The notes below the pieces were generated by a model, which was given only the letters and a program-made list of their open reading frames with translations, was not told the origin of the DNA and made no database searches. 24,890 nt of DNA. Source: Tolypothrix carrinoi HA7290-LM1. GTDB taxonomy: Bacteria; Cyanobacteriota; Cyanobacteriia; Cyanobacteriales; Nostocaceae. Both the position numbers and the translations under genes were made by a program. The stretch's first letter is position 1. Every line of letters starts with the position of its first letter. The stretch is from the NCBI GenBank assembly GCA_019358935.1, contig JAHHIK010000120.1, forward strand, positions 1 through 24,890. Direction: 5' to 3'. Of this stretch, positions 17,821 to 24,890 are shown piece after piece.

Positions 17821-18006
17821 CTTATCCTTTGATAAGTTATAAACAGAGGATGAATTTATGTAAATTAATGTAAATTTTTTTGTCGAAGATAACAGATAGG
17901 CGAAAAAAACATTGCGAGTCTGGCACAGCTGTAATAATTTATGCCAAACTTTAAGCAGCTTTTGCTAAACTCTTGCGGAGTCTCGTTTGTTTATCTAGCT
18001 CAAGTC

Positions 18007-19758
18007 ATGAGTATTACTGCCAACTCCCAACTTCCGAATCTATTGTCGAAGAATCTGAAATCTATTACCAGTAAAGCTGAGAACTCAGTACCAACTCTGG
18101 GATCGGAGTTGGTGTACACCCAAGACACCACAGGAGATTACCTGACATTTTATTGGAGTGCAGGCGATCGCTTGGGGATAAATTCTGAAGCTATGATAGG
18201 CGATCTAAATCGGGATGAAATTTTCGCCCCGGTGGAAAAGGTTGCCTATTTGCAACGTTTAGGGCGAATTGTGAAAAATTTGGTACCGGAAAGGTGTCAG
18301 TGCTGGTTTAGCTATCGTCAGGAATTATTTGAGTTGGAGTTGGTAATCAGCCCAATTATGCCGACCTTAGGCACAGCCACGACAACAGTTTTAGTAATGG
18401 GACGATTGCTACAAACAAAAAGCAACAAAAAAGCAGTACATCTGCCAGCACCACAACCAACAGAGTTAGAGTTAGCTTTAAGTTCGCATCAATACCAAAA
18501 GCTGATAAGTCAAATTACCAGAAACATCCGGCGGACATTAGATTTAGATATTATTTGGCAACAAACAGTTGACAGTTTAGGAAAAGCACTGCGGTTAGAG
18601 CGCTGTATTATCTGTCCATACCAAAAACAAAGCGCAAAGGTATCGATAATAGCAGAGTATCACAAGCCAGATTTTGACTCAATGCTAGGCTTAGAAATAG
18701 ATTTAGCAACTGAACCTGCATTTGCTCAAGCTTTAGCAACCCTAGAACCAATTGTGGAAAATAAGCCCAAGCATATACTGTTTGGGCAAGAGAAAATTTT
18801 AGTAGTTGCGACTTGCCATCAAGACCAACCGAATGCTTTAATTGCCGTCAGTTTGCGCTCAGAGTGCTACAAGTTGACTTCATTAGAATTAGACTTGGCA
18901 AAAGAAGTAGCAGATCAATTAGGAACAGCGATCGCTCACGCCACATTATATAAAGAATTAGAAGCAGCGCGTCAAAAAGCCGAAGAAGCCTCGCGTCTGA
19001 AAACCGAATTTCTCACCAATGTATCTCACGAAATTCGCACCCCCCTAAATGGGATGATCGGCTTTCAACGGCTGATTTTGGACGGTATGGCAGATGATGT
19101 CGAAGAACAAAACCAATTTTTGCTAGAAGCGCATAAATTATCTCTACACCTACTCGATATCATCCAAGACATCTTAGACTTTGCCAAAATCGAAGCCGGC
19201 AAAATGGATCTCGAACTGCGTTCAGTAAATATGGACGAGTTATTGAGTGATGTGGGAAACTCCATGCACATGCAAGCCGAACAGAAAAACCTCAGCTTCG
19301 ATATGCAAACCCCCGATACCTCCGATGAAATTATTGTCTACGGTGACTATCTACGCCTCAAGCAAGTAATAATGAATCTGGTTGGCAACGCCATAAAATT
19401 CACTCATGAAGGTGGTATAACTCTCAGCGCTGACGTAGTTCGCAAAAAAGTAGTATTTCAAGACCAGCAATTTCCTGGTATGGTCAGAGTGCGTGTAGCA
19501 GACACCGGTATTGGCGTTTCTTTAGATAAACAAGACAAACTCTTCCAATTATTCTCGCAAGTAGATGGTTCTCGTACTCGCCAATATGGTGGCACAGGTT
19601 TAGGATTGGCAATATCTCAGAAGCTAGTAGAAGCAATGGGTGGTGAAGTCAATTTTTACAGCTTAGGCGAAGGACTTGGTTCAACAGTCACATTCACAGT
19701 ACCTTTATATCAACAGCCAGTTATGGTTTTACCGAGTGAAATTGACACCCCAGATTAA
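18007..19758 (+). CDS. GAF-domain sensor histidine kinase (no receiver domain)
   Basis: IRRTLDLDIIWQQTV GAF entry; H-box SHEIRTPLNG; NLVGNAIKFT, DTGIG, GGTGLGLAI; could start at 17941. Confidence 0.93.
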   Translation: MSITANSQLPNLLSKNLKSITSKAENSVPTLGSELVYTQDTTGDYLTFYWSAGDRLGINSEAMIGDLNRDEIFAPVEKVAYLQRLGRIVKNLVPERCQCWFSYRQELFELELVISPIMPTLGTATTTVLVMGRLLQTKSNKKAVHLPAPQPTELELALSSHQYQKLISQITRNIRRTLDLDIIWQQTVDSLGKALRLERCIICPYQKQSAKVSIIAEYHKPDFDSMLGLEIDLATEPAFAQALATLEPIVENKPKHILFGQEKILVVATCHQDQPNALIAVSLRSECYKLTSLELDLAKEVADQLGTAIAHATLYKELEAARQKAEEASRLKTEFLTNVSHEIRTPLNGMIGFQRLILDGMADDVEEQNQFLLEAHKLSLHLLDIIQDILDFAKIEAGKMDLELRSVNMDELLSDVGNSMHMQAEQKNLSFDMQTPDTSDEIIVYGDYLRLKQVIMNLVGNAIKFTHEGGITLSADVVRKKVVFQDQQFPGMVRVRVADTGIGVSLDKQDKLFQLFSQVDGSRTRQYGGTGLGLAISQKLVEAMGGEVNFYSLGEGLGSTVTFTVPLYQQPVMVLPSEIDTPD

Positions 19759-19802
19759 CTAAATGGGCGTAATCAACATAAAATCTACTCTTTCTTCGTA
19801 GT

Positions 19803-19845
19803 GAGCCAGCGCGGTCTTGGGGGTCTCCCCCATGAGCGACTGGCG
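19803..19845 (+). repeat. structured dispersed repeat copy
   Basis: GAGCCAGCGCGGTCTTGGGGGTCTCCCCCATGAGCGACTGGCG. Confidence 0.8.
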
Positions 19846-20060
19846 AGGAGCGGAGGGTGAGCGGTTTACCGCTCATATCTTAGATTTTAAGGCATAGAGC
19901 CGCTCACTACATTGTTTAGCTATTCCAACATTCTGCTTGAACTAGCAAAATTTTAGTCATTTGTCAATAGTTTATCACAAAGGATAACCGACAAACAACG
20001 AAAAGCAATTCAGCAGCAATTGGATCTACGATCAATTTAATAAAGCGAGAAAATAAAATC

Positions 20061-20262
20061 CTGGGGACTGGGGACTGGGGACTGGGTAATGGGTAATGGG
20101 TAATGGGTAATGGTGAGTCCAGCGCTGCGGGAGGGTTTCCCTCCGCAGGCGACTGGCGAACCCGAAGGGGTAATGGGTAATGGGGAAAGAATTATTACCA
20201 ATGCCCTATGCCCAATTACCAATGCCCAATTACCAATTACCAATTACCCATTACCCAATTCC
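20061..20262. repeat. STRR arrays (GGGGACT, GGGTAAT, CCAATTA) with a structured repeat inserted at 20115-20169
   Basis: GAGTCCAGCGCTGCGGGAGGGTTTCCCTCCGCAGGCGACTGGCGAACCCGAAGGG interrupts the GGGTAAT array. Confidence 0.85.
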
Positions 20263-20288
20263 ATCATTTATTTACGAGGTCTAAACTC

Positions 20289-20519
20289 ATGGAACTGACA
20301 ACTGATAACGTAGAAACAGTCTTGGATGAACTACGCCCTTATCTGATTTCTGATGGCGGCAACGTCGAACTCGTAGAACTCGATGGTCCGGTTGTCAAGC
20401 TGCGGCTGCAAGGTGCTTGTGGTTCTTGCCCAAGCTCCACAATGACATTGAGAATGGGTATTGAGCGCCGTCTGCGCGAAATGATTCCCGAAATTGCCGA
20501 AGTGGAACAAGTAATCTAG
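20289..20519 (+). CDS. nfuA: NifU-C domain Fe-S carrier (NfuA/CnfU-like)
   Basis: [15 protein letters not shown]…[15 protein letters not shown] (CxxC); GAGG upstream of ATG 20289. Confidence 0.92.
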   Translation: MELTTDNVETVLDELRPYLISDGGNVELVELDGPVVKLRLQGACGSCPSSTMTLRMGIERRLREMIPEIAEVEQVI

Positions 20520-20568
20520 TGATTGGGGAATTGGTAATCGGTAATCGGACAAGTAAAAAGTAAAAAGT

Positions 20569-20624
20569 GAGCCAGCGCGGTCTTGGGGGTTTCCCCCATG
20601 AGCGACTGGCGAACTCCGAAGGAG
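20569..20624 (+). repeat. structured dispersed repeat copy with extra hairpin
   Basis: GAGCCAGCGCGGTCTTGGGGGTTTCCCCCATGAGCGACTGGCGAACTCCGAAGGAG; one mismatch to the 19803 copy, in the loop. Confidence 0.8.
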
Positions 20625-20716
20625 TAAAAAGAAAGATTTTTTACATGAGTACCTTTTACCTTTTACCTTCTTTCCCCTATTCCCCATTACCTATTCCCTA
20701 TTACCAATCACTTCTT

Positions 20717-22951
20717 ATGTCTCAACCGCTTTACGTCGCCTTTATCTGGCATCAACATCAGCCGCTGTACAAATCTCCTGACAGCGGCGTTTCTGTGAAA
20801 AGTAGTCAGCATTACCGTCTGCCTTGGGTGCGTTTGCACGGCACTAAGGATTATCTCGATCTGGTGCTACTTTTAGAACGGTATCCTAAGTTACACCAAA
20901 CGGTGAATTTAGTTCCATCGCTGATATTGCAATTAGAAGATTACATTGCTGGCACTGCTTTTGACCCTTATTTAGAAGCGAGTCTGACACCCGCTGAACA
21001 ACTGACGACTCAACAGCGGGAATTTATCATCGAACATTTTTTTGATGCCAATCACCACAATTTGATCGATCCGCATCCTCGCTATGCTCAGTTGTATCAG
21101 CAAAGGCAGGAACAAGGACAAGATTGGTGTTTAGCAAATTGGCAATTGCCAGATTACGGCGATTTGCTGGCTTGGCATAACTTGGCGTGGATCGATCCGC
21201 TGTTTTGGGACGATCCGGAAATTGCCACTTGGTTAAAGCAGGGTAAGGATTTTAGTTTAAGCGATCGCCAACGCATTTACTCTAAACAGCGGCAAATCCT
21301 CAGCCAAATCATCCCGCAACACCGCAAAATGCAAGACGCGGGGCAATTGGAAGTAACCACCACGCCTTACACTCACCCGATTTTGCCTCTACTTGCCGAT
21401 ACCAACTCCGGACGGGTTGCAGTGCCAAATATGACATTGCCCCAAACCCGCTTTCAATGGGCAGAAGACATTCCCAGGCACTTGCGGAAATCGTGGGATT
21501 TATATCAAGACCGCTTTGGGCAAGAACCGCGTGGATTGTGGCCCTCAGAACAATCAGTCAGTCCGGCGATTATACCGGATATTATTAAACAAGGATATAA
21601 GTGGATTTGCTCAGATGAAGCTGTCTTAGGGTGGACAATAAAACACTTCTTCCACCGTGATGGGGCGGGGAACGTGTTGCAACCAGAATTACTTTACCGC
21701 CCGTATCGTTTAGAAACGACCGCTGGTGATTTGGCGATCGTCTTTCGCGACCACAGGTTATCAGACTTGATCGGCTTTACCTACGGGGCAATGCAGCCAA
21801 AACAAGCCTCCGCCGACTTAGTGGGACATTTACAGGCGATCGCCAAAATGCAAAAAGACCGCCCAACCGAACAACCTTGGTTAGTTACCATTGCCCTAGA
21901 CGGCGAAAATTGCTGGGAATTTTATCCTCAAGATGGCAAACCTTTCTTAGAAGCCTTATATCAAACTTTAAGTAACGAACCGAATCTGAAACTCGTTACC
22001 GTCTCGGAATTTATCGAACAGTTTCCTCCCACAGCAATTATCCCCCAACAACAACTGCATAGCGGCTCTTGGGTAGATGGTAGCTTCACCACCTGGATTG
22101 GCGATCCCGCCAAAAATCGCGCTTGGGATTACCTCACACATGCTAGACTTACCCTCGCCAATCATCCAGAAGCGACTGAAGAAAACAACCCCGAAGCCTG
22201 GGAAGCTTTATACGCCGCCGAAGGTTCCGACTGGTTTTGGTGGTTTGGTGAGGGACACTCCTCAAATCAAGATGCCATGTTTGACCAGTTGTTCCGCGAA
22301 CACTTGTATGGCATTTACAAAGCGTTAAATGAACCTATACCCTCGTATTTGAAAAAAGAAGTAGAAAACCACACAGCAAAGACAGATCATCGCCCACAAA
22401 GCTTTATTCATCCAGTAATTGACGGCAAAGGCGATGAACAAGACTGGGACAAAGCCGGACGCATAGAAATCGGCGGGGCGCGGGGGACAATGCATAATAG
22501 CAGCCTCATCCAGCGACTTTGGTATGGCGTGGATCACCTGAATTTCTATCTACGGGTGGATTTAAAAAGTGGCGCTGCACCAGGGCGAGATTTGCCAGCA
22601 GAGTTAAATTTGCTTTGGTATTATCCTGATAAAACAATGCACAACAGCCCGATTCCCTTAGCGGATGTGCCGGATGCAGCGCCAGTTAATTATCATTACC
22701 ACCATCATTTAGCAATTAATTTGCTGACGCAATCGATTCAGTTTCGCGAAGCTGGGGAAAATTATCAATGGCTTCCCCGTTTCAGTCGCGCTCAAGTAGC
22801 TTTAGATACTTGTTTAGAAGTGGCGGTACCGTGGGCAGATTTGCAAGTTCCACCAGATTATCCCCTGCGCTTGATTTTGGTGCTTTCAGATGAAGGACGT
22901 TTCAGCAACTATTTGCCGGAAAATGCTTTGATTCCGATTGAAGTACCTTAG
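20717..22951 (+). CDS. glycoside hydrolase family 57 (amylopullulanase-like)
   Basis: WHQHQP, HPILPLL, GLWPSEQ (Glu nucleophile), ALDGENCW (Asp), AEGSDWFWW. Confidence 0.93.
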   Translation: MSQPLYVAFIWHQHQPLYKSPDSGVSVKSSQHYRLPWVRLHGTKDYLDLVLLLERYPKLHQTVNLVPSLILQLEDYIAGTAFDPYLEASLTPAEQLTTQQREFIIEHFFDANHHNLIDPHPRYAQLYQQRQEQGQDWCLANWQLPDYGDLLAWHNLAWIDPLFWDDPEIATWLKQGKDFSLSDRQRIYSKQRQILSQIIPQHRKMQDAGQLEVTTTPYTHPILPLLADTNSGRVAVPNMTLPQTRFQWAEDIPRHLRKSWDLYQDRFGQEPRGLWPSEQSVSPAIIPDIIKQGYKWICSDEAVLGWTIKHFFHRDGAGNVLQPELLYRPYRLETTAGDLAIVFRDHRLSDLIGFTYGAMQPKQASADLVGHLQAIAKMQKDRPTEQPWLVTIALDGENCWEFYPQDGKPFLEALYQTLSNEPNLKLVTVSEFIEQFPPTAIIPQQQLHSGSWVDGSFTTWIGDPAKNRAWDYLTHARLTLANHPEATEENNPEAWEALYAAEGSDWFWWFGEGHSSNQDAMFDQLFREHLYGIYKALNEPIPSYLKKEVENHTAKTDHRPQSFIHPVIDGKGDEQDWDKAGRIEIGGARGTMHNSSLIQRLWYGVDHLNFYLRVDLKSGAAPGRDLPAELNLLWYYPDKTMHNSPIPLADVPDAAPVNYHYHHHLAINLLTQSIQFREAGENYQWLPRFSRAQVALDTCLEVAVPWADLQVPPDYPLRLILVLSDEGRFSNYLPENALIPIEVP

Positions 22952-22956
22952 GGAGT

Positions 22957-23133
22957 GGGGAGACAAGGAGACAAGGAGACAAGGAGACAAGGAGACAAGG
23001 GGGACAAGGGGGACAAGGGGACAAGGGGACAAGGGGGACAAGGGGACAAGGGGGACAAGGAGACAATTCTTTCTCCCCATTCCCCGATCTCCCCCAACCC
23101 CCCCTCTCCCCATCCCCCCCTCTCCCCATCCCC
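22957..23133. repeat. G-rich (GGAGACAA/GGGGACAA) array followed by a C-rich array
   Basis: Direct reading; immediately after the GH57 stop. Confidence 0.9.
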
Positions 23134-23237
23134 CAGAGGATTTTGCAAAGAAACGGTAATGCTATTGGCGTAAAAGAATCTTTATCGTTAAATTAAAGAC
23201 ATTTAGCAGCTTTTCACTCCTCCCCCTTTATAGCCTG

Positions 23238-24323
23238 ATGAATAGCTTTCCTCCGAAAACGTCAAATTTTCATGCGGATATTTTAAAGCAGACTCAGCTT
23301 GGTCAACTGTGCGGTCAAGCGCAGTTATTTCGCGATCGCTATGCAATCTTGAAAATATTGGGCAGAGGTGGTTTTGGCATCACGTTTCTCGCCAAAAACA
23401 TGATGTTACCTGGGAATCCTCTGTGTGTGATTAAACAGCTTTGTCCCAAGGTGAGTAGTCCGAAAAGCTGGGAAAGAGCGTGCGATCGCTTTAAAAAAGA
23501 AGCAAAAACCTTAGGTCAGCTTGGCAGTCATTCTCAGATTCCCATGCTTTTAGATTACTTTCAAGCAAATGGGGAATTTTATTTAGTTCAAGAATACGTG
23601 CACGGTTCTACTTTGGCAGGGGAAATCAAACGCACCGGTCCCAAAAGCGAAACCGCAGTCAAACAGTTTTTGCACGAATTACTGCCAGTATTGCAATACG
23701 TTCATAAACATCATGTAATTCATCGCGATATTAAGCCCCAGAACTTGCTACGCTGTGAAGATGATGGACGGGTAGTTTTAATTGATTTCGGCGCAGTTAA
23801 AGAGAAATTAGTCGAAACTAGTGACAGCGAAGAACATAAAAGCGTCTCGACAAATTTTGTCGGGACTATGGGATTTGCCCCACCAGAACAGTTTTCCCTG
23901 CGTCCAGTTTATGCTAGTGATATTTACGCAGTCGGAGTGACTTGTCTTTATCTGTTAACTGGCAAAGCACCTTTTGAATTTGAGCATGACTCGAATACCG
24001 GTGATATCTGTTGGCAAAAACATGTAGACATCAGTGACCACTTTGCTCAAGTTTTGGGCAAAATGGTGAAGGTGTCGTTATCAGAGCGTTTTCAGACAAC
24101 TAATGATGTCATGTCTTCTTTAGGCTTAGAAAGCTATTTGCCGACTTTGACGAATTGTTTAACTACCCAACCCAAGAAAGGTAAAAGTAGTGGAAACGCA
24201 GAATCCTCTGATTACCTGTCACCTGTAGCACGCACCGCTAGCGCTATTCGCGAATGGAAAGCAAAGCTTAATGCCAAAAATCATCCGAAATTTAGGGGTT
24301 GCTTATCTCAAATCTCAAATTAA
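23238..24323 (+). CDS. Hanks-type Ser/Thr protein kinase
   Basis: LGRGGFG, CVIKQL, HRDIKPQN, LIDFG, GTMGFAPPEQ, SDIYAVG. Confidence 0.95.
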   Translation: MNSFPPKTSNFHADILKQTQLGQLCGQAQLFRDRYAILKILGRGGFGITFLAKNMMLPGNPLCVIKQLCPKVSSPKSWERACDRFKKEAKTLGQLGSHSQIPMLLDYFQANGEFYLVQEYVHGSTLAGEIKRTGPKSETAVKQFLHELLPVLQYVHKHHVIHRDIKPQNLLRCEDDGRVVLIDFGAVKEKLVETSDSEEHKSVSTNFVGTMGFAPPEQFSLRPVYASDIYAVGVTCLYLLTGKAPFEFEHDSNTGDICWQKHVDISDHFAQVLGKMVKVSLSERFQTTNDVMSSLGLESYLPTLTNCLTTQPKKGKSSGNAESSDYLSPVARTASAIREWKAKLNAKNHPKFRGCLSQISN

Positions 24324-24439
24324 AATATGTTTTAAGATCCGTTACCTTAAAGCTGGAGTTTAGACTAAGCAACAAGAAACGACCTAGCAGTGCTGAGTTG
24401 ATAAAACGCAATCTTCAAAGATCAAAATCTTTGAGATTA

Positions 24440-24685
24440 AGCAGATTTTGCTTTCTCTTTACGGGGCTTTGTTGTATTTTTTTTGACTATCGGATAAAGA
24501 ATTCTACGTTGTCGTGGTTGCCCTGGTTTCCAGCCTGGGGACTTTCCGCTCTTGTTTGGGCGAACGTTGTTTCAATGCCCTCAAACGTCTCAATTTTTTC
24601 AGGTGGAGTATTTTTATACATAATTTTGGCGATCGCCTTAATATGGTCTGCTAAAAGTTTTTTGTCATAAGAGTGTCATTGTCAT
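24440..24685 (-). pseudogene. probable ISKra4-like transposase N-terminal remnant
   Basis: Minus strand DKKLLADHIKAIAKIMYKNTPPEKIETFEGIETT resembles, from recall, the N-terminus of cyanobacterial ISKra4-type transposases; frameshifted and degenerate. Confidence 0.5.
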
Positions 24686-24763
24686 AAAGATGCTGTCGCT
24701 CCTACGATCATTTTCGCAGTTATGGCAACATCCGCATAGTCTTTCTTTATTCGCGAGCTACAA

Positions 24764-24890
24764 GACTTTGTTGGCGAATTCTTTGAGGTCAAATTTATGC
24801 GGCTATTGCTGCGAAGCGAGAAATATTCTTGCCAAAGTTATTAGTTTCTGTCCACCACTGCCAAACCCTAACCAAATTCATGGCAGCAGC
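24764..24890 (-). mobile_element. downstream end of a second IS1182-like element (transposase C-terminus plus terminal repeat), continuing beyond the window
   Basis: Minus strand AAAMNLVRVWQWW…SRFAAIAA* (stop 24795-24797), then GAATTCGCCAACAAAGTC. Confidence 0.6.

Noticed and set aside
20208..20716. N-terminal extensions of the NifU and GH57 ORFs (likewise Uma2 from 12482)
   Set aside because: The extensions are repeat-derived or overlap the upstream gene; family similarity begins at downstream ATGs
22886..23173. Five overlapping low-complexity ORFs
   Set aside because: Translations of STRR arrays
24299..24670. 123-aa hydrophobic plus-strand ORF
   Set aside because: Non-ATG start overlapping the kinase; antisense to a probable transposase remnant

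Overview
Genomic DNA of a filamentous cyanobacterium, probably a heterocystous Nostocales-type (many HIP1 GCGATCGC octamers, 7-8 bp STRR tandem repeats, lepA and nfuA-like genes). The first ~7.8 kb is a decaying prophage/virus-like island. It has a shattered tyrosine integrase with a translationally coupled 53-aa gene, a palindromic control region, an inserted IS1182-family element with 85-bp terminal repeats, and a co-oriented, HIP1-free block of virion-like genes (a paralog pair, a lectin-domain fibre, a tandem-domain protein, a basic protein, a holin-like remnant). I recognise no terminase, portal or HK97 capsid in this block, and it abuts a 5'-truncated NmrA-family gene. Next come an amidase-Rieske oxygenase-GT1 glycosyltransferase operon, a Uma2 nuclease, and two divergent GNATs bracketed by inverted MITEs. 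The core block holds lepA, an RHH protein, a GAF histidine kinase, a NifU-domain protein, a GH57 and a Ser/Thr kinase, with IS remnants at the right edge. A ~45-nt structured dispersed element (covarying stems; GNRA/UUCG loops on one strand) recurs about 10 times, including a five-copy nested stack next to lepA. All family calls come from motif recognition by eye; no searches were run.
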